A DNA stretch of 64,000 nt from Eledone cirrhosa (GCA_964016885.1 OZ024745.1:103106001-103170000), one strand, 5' to 3'. Positions 1 through 13,997 are shown, numbered from the stretch's first letter. The notes: generated by a model from the letters alone, not told the origin. Made by a program: numbers and translations.

Positions 1-363
1 ACCTGGAGATAGAAATTGGAAAAATGTGGAAATTGAAAACTAAAACAATACCAGTGGTTGTAGGCGCTCTAGGAATGATACCTAAGGGGTCTAATGATTA
101 CTAATCGCAAATCTCAGGAAACCCGCGTATAGGAGAAATACAAAAGATAGTACTAATGGGAACTGCCCATATACTAAGGAAGATTCTGTCAATATAAGTA
201 CATCACAAGTCTAAAAGATGCATGTGTGTGATTGTATGTTCTTTCTTGAACATGGCAGACCTTGTTGTCTCTTGAGGTCACTGGTTGTGACTTGGTGATA
301 ACTCGTATGAACATAAAGCAAGATAAATGCAACTATAATAATAAAAACAACAACAACAACAAC
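1..363 (+). mobile_element. 3' end of R4/Dong-like RLE-type non-LTR retrotransposon (decayed)
   Basis: Frame from nt 3 reads LEIEIGKMWKLKTKTIPVVVGALGMIPKGSNDY*SQISGNPRIGEIQKIVLMGTAHILRKILSI*, a typical restriction-like endonuclease C-terminus. A short UTR and (AAT)/(AAC)n tail follow. Confidence 0.8.
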
Positions 364-991
364 ATTACCCACTGCTGCGGGGTAATTTTGATGATAGAAG
401 ATCAGTCTGAGTATGAAGGAATAATATTAATAATAAAAATATTTGTTTGTTTCTTTATTGGAGCATTATATGAATAAATTATTTAAAAAATTGTGAGGTT
501 TAAAACTGATAAGAGAATTGATAACAAAAATCCTAGCATAAAAAAAATGCTATATGAAAAAAAAAAAAAAAATGCAATGGTGCCCCAATGGAAAAGAGAT
601 TGAGATCTAGAGTCAATTAAGGAGCCCCACATATCTAGGATCACTCTGGCTCCCAAGAGAAAAATATTTTTTCCAGCTAATTTTTCCCATATTGCAGGCA
701 CATACATGTTTAGAGCTTCCACGATGATGTTGATCACGTTTGAAAAAAAGTCCATTGTTTCTGGCTCTAAGGAACTCTTGTGAATGAAGTGTTCACAGAA
801 CTGTGATTTGGAAATTGGTCTTGTTCAATATACAGAAAAGCTGTAGGTCTGAAGTCTATTCTCTGTACTCAGTAGAAACTATGGTTGTGTATGAAATGCT
901 ATAGGAAATTAGACAGGCTGATAGAGAAAGAGGACTTCATCTGAAACAGAAGCATAGGTGTATTTAACAGTCAGAGCATCTGAAAATAATG

Positions 992-1308
992 CTGTTGCTG
1001 CTGCTACTACTACTACTACTGCCGCCACCACCACCACCACTACTACTACTAACCACCACCACCACTATACTACTACTACTAACCACTACCACTATACTAC
1101 TACTGCTACTACTAACCACCACTATACTACTACTACTACTACTAACCACCACCACTATACTACTACTACTACAATACTACTACTAACCACAACTATACTA
1201 CTACTACGATACTACTACTACAACCACTATACTACTACTACTATTACTACTACTACTACTACTACTACTACTATACTACTACCACCACTATACTACTACT
1301 ACCACCAT
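992..1308. repeat. (ACT)n/(ACC)n compound microsatellite
   Basis: Seen directly; explains ORFs 958..1386, 964..1155 and 989..1186. Confidence 0.95.
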
Positions 1309-1460
1309 GATGTATTATCAAGAGCCATGGTTTATAAAGAGATGGTACTCTTATCTTATGTTCTTACATGCATATCTGACTGTTGACATTAAGCTTTGTC
1401 TCTGAACAAGACGAATTTTGTTTGCCTAAAGCTACATGGATAAATTTCAAAACATTATTT

Positions 1461-1646
1461 GGATTGGCAGTATCGGTAGGGGGTCGGACGCCATGCTTTG
1501 ATGCATAGAGTTACGGCCCTTGCCATTCTGAGTTCAAATCCCGCCGAGGTTAACTTTACCTTTCATCCTTACGGGGTCGATAAAATAAAGTACCAGTAAT
1601 GTACTGCGTAATTGCTGGCCTTGTGCCAAAAGTAGAAACAATTATT
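1461..1646 (+). mobile_element. tRNA-derived SINE, family A
   Basis: A-box-like TGGCAGTATCGG, B-box GAGTTCAAATCC, conserved body CCTTTCATCCTTACGGGGTCGATAAAATAAAGTACCAG, ATT tail; more than 10 copies in the window. Confidence 0.9.
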
Positions 1647-1841
1647 TTAAGTGATTTCTTTTTTAAAAGTTTTATTTTCATTTATTCATAAATTATTGCA
1701 TGAACCATTAAACAGCATTGACTCTAACTTATGTAAATATCTGTAGTGTTGAAGGTCAAGATCTGTGATATAAATCTGACCACAGCCCTTCTATTGTATT
1801 GCTTATCTACTGACTGTGTAGATGTAAGATTAAAAGCATTT

Positions 1842-1978
1842 CAATGTAGGCACCATATGTAACTTCACATTCTCCAATATAGGCACTGTATATAAGATTA
1901 CAATATCCAATGTAGGCACTGTATATAAGATTACATTATCCAATGTAGGCACTATCTATAAGATTGCATTATCCAATA
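1842..1978. repeat. ~33-bp minisatellite, ~4 copies, inside a degenerate dispersed repeat (family C)
   Basis: Unit CAATGTAGGCACTGTATATAAGATTACATTATC; followed by the TTTGGCTGCTATTTCT motif also seen near 7630, 8125, 38985 and 59690. Confidence 0.75.
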
Positions 1979-2464
1979 TGCTCTTCACTTTTCTTTTGGA
2001 CAGTAGGGTGTAATTTGAAAGCTATTTTGGCTGCTATTTCTTGCATGTTACCCAACTATGTAGAGTTAATGAAAAATAAAGAGTAAAAAAAAAACACATG
2101 AAGATAAAATGATTAGAGAACTATTAGAATAACAAAACAAAGCAGAAATAAATCATCATCATCATGATCATTTAGTGTCCATTTTCCTTGCTAGCAGGTT
2201 TAAAAAAGTTAAAAGCTGTCGTTTTTATATATGAAACTAAAACAAAATAAAAAGTGGACGAGGGAGATAGATGAGAAATTAGATCTAGGGTTAAAATCTT
2301 GAGTTGAAAGGAAAGTGGATTGGTTTGAAGTGAGAAATAATATAATTAAATAGAATTGGGGAAGAGAGAGAAAGAGAGAGAGAATGGAGAGAAAATTAAG
2401 GAAATGAAGGAGTATAGATGAATAAAAAGGAAAGAATAAGATAAATGATCTGCATCATTCTGAA

Positions 2465-2631
2465 CCCTTTTGCTGCCAATTCATCTGAAATAACTGCTGC
2501 TTCTATGATACAAAGCTGTTTATTTTATAGCGTTTATATTTATCTTAAACCTCCAAATTCTTGATTATTTTTCAAAATTATTTGGAAATCATACACAGTG
2601 GATTTCTTTAAAAACTATGGTAACAAAAGGG
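2465..2631. mobile_element. piggyBac-type MITE (degenerate)
   Basis: Starts TGAA|CCCTTTTG and ends GGTAACAAAAGGG|TTAA. Confidence 0.6.
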
Positions 2632-3532
2632 TTAACCTGTTTTTTTGCGTGTGGCTGGGGGAGGAGCACCATACCATAACCATTAAATGAAGATATAACT
2701 TTTTTTACTCCAGCAATTACAAAAATAAACATGTGATCTGTAAGAAGAAAGGGAGTTAAAGGCAGCAATAAAAATACAAATTAATATTTTAAAGTGAAGG
2801 TAAACAATGATTAAGAGTAAATAATGAATAATTGTTTAATCTAATCAAATTCTTAGATTTATTTATAAGTATTTTAGCCATTTTTTTGTTTTGTTTTAGT
2901 AAAAATACTAATTCTCATTTATCAAGTTTATTCAAATTTTACTTTTTTTTCTTAAAGATTTCCTATCTGAAAAAAATAATAAATATAAACAAAGAATGAA
3001 TATGTCATATTTTGATAAACATCAAAATCTGATGTTTGAGTTTTTTTCTGTATAATCTGTGATTTTATAATAATCTGCAGTGACAAATAGTGTAAATATT
3101 GATTTGTAAACATTCACGCATTCAAGTAGGAGGAGTGTAAATGATTATATCGACACCTAGTACTTGATGGATTTTGATTTTATTATCAACTCATGCCTTT
3201 TTCAAGGACAGATGAAAGGCAATGTTAATATTAATGAAAATGGAACTCAGAATTTAGAGGGATGCAGTTAAATACTGCAAGGAATTTTGTTTAATTTTCT
3301 ACTAATTCTGCCAATACTCAACACTTAAAGAGTTGCCCCTTTCTCAACTTTGAGGACTTGAGCCTATCTTAGAAATCAATTATTCTGCTGCTGCTATGGA
3401 TGATGATGATGATGATGTATCAAAGAATGCAGCTATTATTAATTGCATGTGAAATGTGGACTCAGGCTATTGTTCAGTTATATAATTGTGTGAAGAAGTC
3501 AAAACATTATTTCAAGTTTATTTGTTATTTAT

Positions 3533-3690
3533 TTATATGAATGAGTCAGAACTCTGACAGCTGAGCTCTTGCCATTTCAACAGCTAGTTCCAGACTGGGG
3601 TCCTGACTCGTTCATATAACCATACTTTACTACCCCAAGTACTCTGGTGAGTAATGGCCTAACCAGCTTCTCACTGGATCCATCCTGATT
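3533..3690 (+). mobile_element. Diverged copy of hammerhead-remnant fold-back family H3
   Basis: Inverted arms 3533-3554/3597-3619; homologous by eye to 41019-41244 and 58703-58904. Confidence 0.65.
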
Positions 3691-3745
3691 ATTATTATTA
3701 TTTATTTATTTATATGTAGAGCTATCCATCTCCTTTACTGACCAA

Positions 3746-3747
<2 letters not shown>

Positions 3748-3819
<72 letters not shown>
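3748..3819. repeat. (GT)n microsatellite
   Basis: Seen directly. Confidence 0.98.
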
Positions 3820-3820
<1 letters not shown>

Positions 3821-3952
3821 GCCTCCATTGGACCTGATTTTGTACCAGTAATTCACATGTCAAAAGCACCAGTTTCAGATACCCTCAGACATTGTCTTGT
3901 TATTTCTTTCATGACCTGCCTCATTTTCTCAGGCCTTATAATGCTCCTTTAA

Positions 3953-4155
3953 CCCTTTATTTAAACCAGCCATTTCCGGCCAGAATTCTCTCACCTCTTT
4001 CTGTTCAAACCAGCTGTAACTGGCCACTCATACTGATGTTAAGGCATTTTCCTCGAAATGAATAATATCAAAATCATAGATTCAATATTTTGTGAGCTAA
4101 AGCCTTTACTGAGAAAATAAAAGAGTAAATATGGAATAATGTAAATGCTAAAGGG
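3953..4155. mobile_element. piggyBac-type MITE
   Basis: TTAA|CCCTTTA...GCTAAAGGG|TTAA; a related partial copy lies at ~61740-61922. Confidence 0.75.
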
Positions 4156-7094
4156 TTAAATATTTGGCCAACCATAGATGTCTCTGGTTGGTGACTAATT
4201 TGGCCAAATCAATGTTAGAGTTGACACTTCTGGATAATTTGTATAATTGCAATATTAGCTCCTTGCTTCTCTTTTACTGTACATTTGTTTTTCTGACTCT
4301 CGGCATTACTCTTACTATAGAGCTCAGGCATTGCCGCTCAGTTTTACAAGATGATATTTTGACTCAAGAAAAAAAAGGAAGATTTTAGATCTCTAATTAG
4401 AAATGGGATATTGTCAATGGATTCTATCGTATCTGATTACTTTTACTAACAACAACTGGGTTTAATGTTGAAACTGTTTATAAAAAAATGGGATGTCACT
4501 CAAATAAGAAGACATTGAAAGTATAAATCAGAACTGGATTTGTTTTAATGTATATACTTTCATTGCTAAGCAGTATAGTCAGAGTAATGTAGATAAGTAA
4601 TTCTTTTATAGTTTATTTTTTAATATTTATTATGATTTTTTAAATATATTTTGATATTACTTTGTTTTACTACACCTTAGCCAGATTGGGAAGGGCAACA
4701 CCCTTTACTTTTTCGGAGTCTCAAAAACTGTTGGGAAAAAAAGATAAAGTTATCTTCAAACCAGGAGCCTAGCCTCAATGCTTGTAACAGTGAAATTTAC
4801 TTAAGATGGTCAAGGACTAGGTGTTAATGTTAAACTGGGCAATTCAGAGTACTACAAGATTGAATAAATACTGCAAGCCATCATGGACTGGTACTTTATT
4901 CAACCTCAAAAGCAAAATTTGAATTCAGAATGCAGAGAACTGGGCAAATATAACAAGGTATTTGGTCTTATACTCTAACAAGCCTGCTAATACACAGTTG
5001 CTGATACTGAAAAAAGAAATTAATTGTATTTAGGAATTTCAGAAATTATGGCAGACGTAGTAAAAATATTCAACTAGTCAGTAATAATTTGCTATTTTTT
5101 CTGCTATTCTGTTGAGTTGTTTATAGATCACTACTCTATTAGTTAATATGTTGGCTGAAAGTCATGAGATCTGGCCTCGTGAGAGTTCAGTATGTTTGTA
5201 TCTTTGAAATAAATATTTCAATAATAAATTTATGTTTGTTAAGAAGATAGATTATTATTTCAGATTTATTAATGTTTAGTTTCAGACAGTAGTCATCCAT
5301 CCATTTCTTAATAATAATGTACAGGCACAATATAAGAGTTTTATATTGAAGAAATTATGAAATATATTAAGGACAATATAATGATCAGGATAACTATTGA
5401 ATCTTAGTCCATTGGGATTAAAAAGATCACAAACTTAACACAACTGAACTTCATAATACACAACATACAATAGTGAGTAACACTGGTTTTATTTTGTTTG
5501 TTGTGACTGTTTGAGAGAAACCTTTTTAATATAAAAGGAAATATTTCAAATAAATATCATTGATATCTAAATACAAGTTATTCAAAAAGAATTGCATGAA
5601 GTGATGCAGCCAACAGATTTAAGTGATACAACAATAAGCATTGTAAGGAGAATTTCCCTGCTAAAGCAGAGGTTCTATGGCCAAATGCCCTTCCTGTCTG
5701 CCAACCTTTTTAGTTGCCACTTAAAACATACAGAGATACAGATATTTTAAACTAGATATATACATCAGAATGAAGAAATAAAATGTAGATAATTATGGAC
5801 GTTGCAACCTGAGAAGAGAAGTTTCTCATCTCTGTCATCTCTACCCATTATATCCTTATTGACTTTAAGAATGTAAGCTACTTTATTTATGGAGATGGGA
5901 TGATTTCTCACATAGCTGGCTTCAGGAAAAACACTAATAATTAGTCAATAGTAACTTGTCAAGGCTTGGTTATATTTTCAATCACAAATCAAATGGTATT
6001 AATATTGAAAATAACAATAGTTTTTCCGAGTGAGTTTTAAAATATAGATTTATAATTTTACCAAATAGGAGCAATAGAACTGAAAAGGAGACCTATTGTA
6101 TATTCATCTTTTAATGGTTTCACTCAATGGACTGAGGTCATATTGAAATACCAACTTCAAGAGTTTTAAGCAACTACATCAAACCCTATTTTCTCTGGTA
6201 CATTTTTCTTCATTCCTGTGAAGATACAAAAAAGTTAATTATTCATTGATGCAAGGGGAGATTACTGAGTTGATTATCATAATGTACCTCCTTTTTACCC
6301 ATAGTGATATAAACATATATACACTTATGGCACAATTTTTCCTGGAATGACATTTCATCAAAATTATCAAAATACCTTTTTATGAAAATGACTTTTCATA
6401 GAATTGTTTTGTAGAATAATTTAAAATAAAAAGTAAAAATAGAATTTCTATCCAAAAATTTAGTTAAAAGGCAACAACTAAACTTCAAATATTTATTTCT
6501 ACCTGTACCAGTTTTTACAAGATCACAGATAATTAATTATTTGATCATTAACGGTTAGATTGTTCTCTTGTCATTAATTCAATGCATTGTAATGTCTTTT
6601 TCTTTAGCCATCAATACTGCCAGCTAGTAGTATTACATTTGAATTTTATGATAACAACACTGTTAAAAATAGAAAAAGGAACCAACATTTTCTGCTGCAG
6701 GAAAGTTACTTTAAAATGCATTGAATACAGTCATTTTAAAATCAATGGTTGCTGACTCGTGATGAAATATCAGCTCTTTGTTATTTGATAACTCAGCAAA
6801 TTTCATTGTAAATTGCATAAAATTTACCATGAGCAACAAGAACATGAAAAGAACTATGTTGGAGCCATAGCATGGATGGTATATAACTGATTACCAGATG
6901 GAGTGACATCAAATATTCCATTATTGTATTAGTTACCACTTTGAGCAAGCAAGTTTAGATTTCTTTCAGATGCCAAAATATCCATCAATTGTCTTCAATG
7001 CAAATTATTTTCCTCTTATTGCTAACTTATGCAAATTCATCAACAGTTAGCTCACATTTTTCTCTTCTACACACCTCAAAATAATTAATATGTT

Positions 7095-7390
7095 CCCAGT
7101 ACACTCTGTAAACTAGTTAGTGTTAGAAAGGGCATCTTGTAGTAGAACCCATACTCCCAGTACATGCTGTAAAGTGGTTGGCATTAAGAAGGGCATCCAG
7201 CTGTAGAAACCATGCTCCTAGTACATGCTGTAATGTGGTTGGTATTAAGAAGGGCATCCAGATGTAGAAACCAAGCCAAAAGCAAAGGTATGAACTGGAC
7301 CTAGTCACCTGACCAGTCTGGCCTCAGTATGTGACAACTGTCTAAACCATGCAAGCATGGAAAATAAACATTAAACTGATAATGATGATG
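7095..7390 (+). mobile_element. RTE-type 3' tail fragment with internal triplication
   Basis: Three copies of ...GTAAAGTGGTTGGCATTAAGAAGGGCATCCAGCTGTAGAAACC, ending in (GAT)n. Confidence 0.75.
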
Positions 7391-8637
7391 GCTGAACTTG
7401 ATTAAATTGAGCAACATGTCTTTTGTGGGTAGTCATTTGTTCCTGTAGTTGCTTTATCTCTGAATCTTGTTACTGTTGTTGCTTTTATTTAAACCCAATT
7501 CAGTCTTGATCAATCAGACAGGTAATCAAATGTTCCATCTGTGACCACCTCGTTTTTTTATATCGATGCTGACATTATTCAGGATGACCTCTCTTTTTTA
7601 AGATGGCAGGATGTGGTTTGAGGATATTTGACTGCTATTTCCAGCAAGTTGAGTGATCACAAAGAGTCTCCCTCAGTGACTTATTAAACAGTGTAGAAAT
7701 ACATTTCAAAATATTTACAACTGTGAACTTACTAGTTGTTAACATCTTATATAGAGAGATACTCAGTGTTAATGTTATTCATTTTCTGGAAACATTTGGT
7801 CTTTCTGACTCATCTTTATTGATCTGTCTCTTTTATTGATTTGTTTCTCTTGTAATAATTAACTGAAAATTGTGCTTAAAATAAAATTGGCAATTACATT
7901 TGGGTCAAAGAACAATTCAAATTATAGTTATCTAATTGTTTTGTCCAGCTCTAGATCAGCTCTAATCGACCAAATCTATGGTAGAATGTATTTCAGTTGT
8001 AACCATCCTGTCTTTTCCCTGGGTATGATGCACCTAGAAGCACATTATCCAATATGTTGCTTATTTTTTGTTGTTGTTTTTTGTTGTTTTTTTATACAGT
8101 GAGTTGAGTGTAGGTTGTGGAGATTTGGCTGCTATTCTCTGCATGTCAAGTGACTGCATAATCAGTTAAATTGTTGATTTGGTAGTCATCTAATTGGTGT
8201 AGGTAGTGGAGCAGGTGAGGGTGTCAATGACAAGAGCTGAATAAAGATAATTTCATAGAAGCTCTAACAGCAAGCAGTATGATAAGTGTGTTAAAAATGT
8301 TACACAACTGATATAGTGAATTGTCAAAGTAGAAGACCTATAAGCCATAGAAAGAGATATAATGAATATAGTTTTCTGGATATGTAATCATACACTGAGA
8401 AGTTTTGTTTCTTGTTTGTATTTATTACATTTTCTTTCTTTCTGTTTTTTGGTGTTTTTTTTCAACAAGTTTTATTTCTAATATTCCATGTGTACGTACA
8501 TCTGATATTCCATTTATACAATTTATATTGAAAGTTTGTGTATTTTCAATGAATAGTTGTTGTATATTCATGTGCAGTTGTGTCCAAACAGACAAATGGC
8601 ACAAAGATTTTATCCTACATTTTACCTTTTGTACAGT

Positions 8638-8852
8638 AATTGTTTCTGCATTTGGCACAAGGCCAGCAATGTATTTGGGGGGAGAGATAGTTGATTAAAT
8701 CGACACCAGTGTGTGACTGGTACTTTATTTTATCAACTTTGTAAGGATGAAAGGCAAAGCTAGCCTTGATGGGATTTGAACTCAGATTGTAAAGGGCTGT
8801 AACTCTATGCTGTAAAGTATATTGTCTGATGCTCTACTGATACTGCCAATGC
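8638..8852 (-). mobile_element. SINE family A
   Basis: Reverse complement of the family A body and head. Confidence 0.85.
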
Positions 8853-9029
8853 ACGCTTGCAGTCATTTTTAACGACACCTACTTCTATGCAGATAAGACC
8901 TTACTTCAGTCTTCAGTATTGTCCCTGTACATATGTCATCCAAACAGAACCTGGCTATCTCACTATGAATAGGTATCAACTGGTAGAAAGAATATTAGGA
9001 AAACATTCAAATCCTGTACCCTCTCATAT

Positions 9030-9245
9030 CTAAAGTCTGGCTGGTGCTTATCCCAGTTTCATGGCATGAATCAACTGAATGTACAAGACTTCCCCCTGGA
9101 CAGGACACCAGTCCATTTCAGGATTAAAACCCCAGCTATTGCTGGTACTCATTTTCAGCTGAGTATGCAATGCTGCCCAGGAATCGAACCCATGACATTA
9201 TGATCATAAGTCCAACACCCTTACCACTAGACCCTGTGCCTCCCT
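9030..9245 (-). mobile_element. tRNA-derived SINE with CORE/V-domain-like body
   Basis: Minus strand has GGTTCGATTCC B-box, then CTCAGCTGAAAATGAGTACCAGC and ATGGACTGGTGTCCTGTCCAGGGG. Confidence 0.7.
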
Positions 9246-9511
9246 ATAGATATAATATTTTCTTAATATTTCTTCTTTAATTTGTTTAATCAATAACTAA
9301 CAAAATCACAATTATGACATACCACAAAAATGATTTGGCAGACAACAACAATCATTGTCTGTTCTGCCTTATTGGCTATGTAATTCAATGTGTTGTCTTC
9401 TCAGTGTGGCAGTACATATCATCTCTTTCTTCCTCTCTGATTCTTTTGGTAGGATCCTCCGTCTCTTCCTTTTATATCCCCTCTTTATTGGCAGCAATAT
9501 CTGCTTCGCAT

Positions 9512-9545
<34 letters not shown>

Positions 9546-9765
9546 TGCACACATAAACACACAGAGATATCTTTTGTTTAGCAATCAAGAGGAAGCACAC
9601 TCTGTATATGCAGAATATATTAATTTGTACAAAGCTGCCAATTCACTCCCAAATTACACCCTGCAATCTTTTAGGCAACAATAGAAATATGCTATATCAA
9701 GCGTTAACCTAATTTATACCTTCCATATACTCTACCGATTGTGTTGTTATTTCTGTTTACTTTTT

Positions 9766-9806
<41 letters not shown>

Positions 9807-9830
9807 ATTAACCTAAAATATATATATATA

Positions 9831-10219
9831 CAGAACTTATGTTTACCGAATTCACAGACTAGACCCCTTCTTCCTCCCGTTAGACCTGTGCGAAATTCCT
9901 TCCTTGCTCACATTTCAACCAGGTTTGATGGTCTTTATTCTCTCTCGTTCACGATTTCACCAAACTTATATTCATGGAAATTTTTGGACTTGACTCGCTC
10001 TTCCTCACTTTTCGTTGCTTCACCATCTTTGTTTGTTTACACTCTCGCTGTTCCCTTTATTTACATGTCCCAACGACTTTCCTTAGCCATTGCTCGCACC
10101 AACCGGAGGTATATGGTCTTTAAAGCGAAGAAATACCAATGATGGTTGGAAGATCACTGATGAAGGACCACTTTATTCATATGTAACCCATTTGCAACTC
10201 CGCAGCACGTTTATTCTCA
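9831..10219 (+). mobile_element. Unclassified insert in (TA)n, possible PLE pLTR remnant
   Basis: GC-richer island bounded by TA runs; CTGATGAAGGACC at 10157 resembles a hammerhead 5' half, but no GAAA half follows. Confidence 0.35.
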
Positions 10220-10403
10220 TATATATATATATATATACAATTAAATCCCAATAGTAGGCCCTTTGAATTTCAGCAAACTTACATGGCTCACAGTTTGAAT
10301 TTTACCATATCTCTATATCTACTGCATTTAAACATATATTTTTATCTTGCTCTCTCTCATTCACTCTCTCTCTCACTCACTCACACACACACTCTCTCTC
10401 CCC

Positions 10404-10434
<31 letters not shown>

Positions 10435-11198
10435 TCTCTCTCCATATATATGTGTGCATGTGTGTGTTAAAAGTGAAAGAGAGAATGAGAAAAAGACATA
10501 AATCTATATTATCTGATTGTAAGAGATATGTTTACGATAATACATTTTATTTTAGATTTATTTCTCATTACAACTTGAGACGTAATTATAATAGTGCATA
10601 TAATTAATGAGGAATGAAGCAAAACAACAAGACAAAAGTAAAGACTGGATAAACAAGTTCTATATAGATATGTTTAGGTATTAAATTAGAGTAGTAAAAA
10701 AAATGGTAATGCTCTTAATACAAAGGAAATAAAAGAAAGGTAAAAGTAGGAAGGTGGGGAGTGAATAAAAGAAATATTGATTTGGCAAAGAAAGGAAGGT
10801 TTGATGAAGAAAAACCAATAAATAAGTAAATAGAAAGAAGACTGTCTTTCTATCAATCCTCTGGCTCCTGTCTACTTATGATTTTATCTAATTTACTTAT
10901 CTACTATTTAGTTTTAGAGACAATATTTTACAGCTGTTTACCCTTCCTGAATTCAACCATTTTAGTCACATCTTTCGCCACACAGAAATACAATGTACTT
11001 ATTCTAAAAACTAGGACAGAAATGGCGGTATATATATAAATATATATATTTATATTCTATATAAATATATATATATATATAATAAATGAAATCTCTGTTT
11101 TTCGAATATTAATAATAATATTTGATTCGTTTGCAATTATGCAAACAACCTCTTTAAGGCCACGTCAGTATGACCCCCATCATTCTTGCTCTTATGTG

Positions 11199-11244
<46 letters not shown>

Positions 11245-11399
11245 TACAATAAATAGTCATTCAACAGTGTTGAATGACTATTTTTTGCATTTACAATATA
11301 CCATATATTTTGAATTAAGACTATATAGGTCGGTCCATCTTGGTGGGTTTTGATTGAAATATCAGACAAAATACTGCTGGACAATTGTTAGTGACCACC

Positions 11400-11850
11400 T
11401 GTAAAAGAAAAAAAAAAAAAAATCATTCTGGAAAACCTCCATGTAACAAAATTAGATAGAAAAACGTTAGAGCTCTCTATATCATTTGATGGCCTTAAAA
11501 AGGCCTTTGACAGAAACCTACTCTCAGTAATCTGGTATGAGCATAGGAAGTTGAGGATAGATGAATCACTTGTGAAGCTTGTACAAGCCATATATAATGA
11601 GTACAGCAATGAATTTAGTGTGCAGTTAAGAGCCTACAAAGTCTGTTTTCAGATCCCTCCTGTTTATTATAATTTTCTAGGCCATAGCAGAAGAATTCAG
11701 AATTGGTTGTCGAAGGGAACTCTTAATGTTGAGGATCTAGCACTCATAGAAGAAACCACAAAAGAGTTGCAGACATGGAAAGAAAATCTAGGATCAAAGT
11801 GTCTCAAAGTAAAGTTAATAAAGACTAAAGTTTTATTTAGTAAGTAGGAA
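11400..11850 (+). pseudogene. Decayed RTE reverse transcriptase fragment
   Basis: LKKAFDR..VIW..RKLRIDESLVKLVQAIY...WKENLGSKCLKVKLIKTKVL matches the RT of the RTE at 17583-21126. Confidence 0.85.
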
Positions 11851-12116
11851 AGAGGATAAGACTCATAGATAGTGTTTTAAACAGAAGATGTATAAGGTTT
11901 AACTGATCGGTTTACTGAAGGGTTTACTATTATTTGTATGGAGATTTATTTTAACAGAGAGTATGTGGAAGAATATTTGGTAAAACCAGTTACAAAATAT
12001 ATTAAGAAAATCAGACAGAAACAGTGTTCAGTATATGAAAATATAGAAGGAATGAGTGAATCTTGTTCTGTTTGGAATAAGGTTTTATGATTTCATTAAT
12101 AATTTATTTAGAAACA

Positions 12117-12538
12117 ATGTCCCAGAGTTCAAGAAATTAAATAAGTCATAAATCAATAATCTTTACATGTAGGCAAGAGAAATAGTTAGTCTTTGTCAAA
12201 ATTTCTATAAGCGGAAATTTTGAAGGTAAATTATATTTGTTGTTTGAACCGAGAGGGAGGAAAAACAAAAAGTAAGAGAGAGAAGAATAGAAACACACAG
12301 ACAATAACAGTACAAAAAGGATCTATCGACTTTCGTCAAATCGGACTGAGGAAACAATGTTTTCGTCAGTCTTTCCAGTTGCTAGTACTATATATTGGTC
12401 GCAACTCCAGCTAGAAGGAGCAATGTGAAATAAAGTGTCTTGCTCAAGGACATAATGCATCGCCTGGTCCATCAATCAAACTCACAACCTCAAGTTTGTG
12501 AATCCAATTCTCTAACCACTCAGCCACACGCCTTCACT
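12117..12538 (-). mobile_element. Chimeric SINE-like unit (tRNA/CORE head plus ~290-bp unrelated body); left arm of an inverted pair
   Basis: Near reverse complement of 15762-16169. Confidence 0.8.
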
Positions 12539-12542
12539 ATAT

Positions 12543-12648
<106 letters not shown>

Positions 12649-13644
12649 CTAGCAGTAAAGCCCGGCGTTGCTCGGGGTCGCTCAGTAGCTGTGTTAAAGT
12701 TACAATGTTAAGTTTCTTTCTTGGCTTAAAAACTGTAGTGTCTACTGTGCAGACTTGCATGTGGTGTTTTTGATTAATATTCCCTCAACCAACAATATGC
12801 CTTATGAAGTTAAGAAAACATAACGATAACCCGAATGTTATAACAAAAGAGGATGCTGGGGATAGAAACTGCACTGGTTATTTATTAACAAAGATCGAAA
12901 ATGTAAACACTGCAACGCAGAGAAAAACATTAGCGTAACCAAATTATCAGATGTCTGTCTGCACGCCTATATCACCTCTCTGCACGACTGTCTGTCTGCA
13001 CGCCTATATCACCTCTCTGCACGACTGTCTGTCTGCACGCCTATATCACCGCTCTGCACGACTGTCTGTCTGCACGCCTATATCACCTCTCTGCACGACT
13101 ATCTGTCTGCACGCGTATATCACCTCTCTGCACGACTGTCTGTCTGCACGACTGTCTGTCTGCACGCCTAACGACGAAATATTTGCTTGTTTTACGTAGT
13201 CTTTAAATAGACTTGTTTTCAAGTAAAAATATTGTTTTAAAATGCTTTTAAATGGAAATGAAGCAAAACGGAAGCTTAGTGTTCGAACTGATGAATTTTG
13301 CAGGTCAATATTTTGCTGGCTCGACAACTGTTCGTGTATTGTGTTAATGTCATTTTAAACGCTGAGAAAGCGTAATTTTTTACGTAATTTTTTACGTAAG
13401 ACGCTCAATGTAAACAGAACAAAGGGAAATAACTGATAACTTACGCTCAAAAATCGATACATTATATTCGATTTCGTCACATAGGGTGGGTCAATTTGAA
13501 ATATTTTTTTTCCGATGTCTTCGCTAGGGCTCAATGTACAAGTATAGCAATTTCGGTGCAATTCCGTGAGAGATTCTAAGAGGAGATGTGTGCCAAAAAT
13601 CGATAGACAGACAGACAACCACAGTTTTATATATATATAGAAGA
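12649..13644 (-). mobile_element. Non-autonomous Helitron
   Basis: Minus strand begins A|TCTTCTATATATATATAAAACTGTGGTTGTCTGTCTG and ends with hairpin CCCGagcaacgcCGGG then CTAG|T; A|T insertion site, no TSD. Confidence 0.85.
12952..13170. repeat. 37-bp minisatellite (5 full units plus partials) inside the Helitron
   Basis: Unit TGTCTGTCTGCACGCCTATATCACCTCTCTGCACGAC starts at 12952, 12989, 13026, 13063 and 13100. Confidence 0.95.
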
Positions 13645-13940
13645 TTATATATATATATATATTATATATGTATATATTATATATATATTATATTGTATAT
13701 ATATTATATATATATATTATATATATATATATATTATATATGTTATACTTGGGGAGGGTCATATTTGCGTAATATTGCCAGAATTAATAACAGAACACAC
13801 ACACTGTTTGGTTGGTTTTCGCTTCACGCTGTCTTTTATATCTGCGATCTAACTTGCTCGGTCCTCAATGTTGCCATTGACTGACCGACGGTCAAAAATA
13901 ATACAGATACAATATAGACACAAACACATATATATAGTTT

Positions 13941-13997
13941 ACATAATTTACATAAATCTTTCGTTGCACATCTGCAACATCGTCAGTGGTGTTATAT
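13941..13997 (-). ncRNA. Candidate type-I hammerhead ribozyme in a TA-flanked insert (~13741-14250)
   Basis: Minus strand: ATATAAcacCA CTGACGA t GTTGCA gatg TGCAAC GAAA GATT TA|TG taaa TTATGT. Perfect 6-bp stem II, minimal stem III, stem I with an internal loop. Confidence 0.6.

Noticed and set aside
483-960. 90-aa minus-strand ORF or transposase remnant
   Set aside because: No convincing motif, and the ORF runs through a poly-T tract.
12315-12380. Minus-strand CTGACGA...GAAA in the chimeric SINE body as a hammerhead
   Set aside because: No clean stem II, C instead of U at 16.1, CTGACGA sits in a local palindrome, and GAAA is absent from the second copy.
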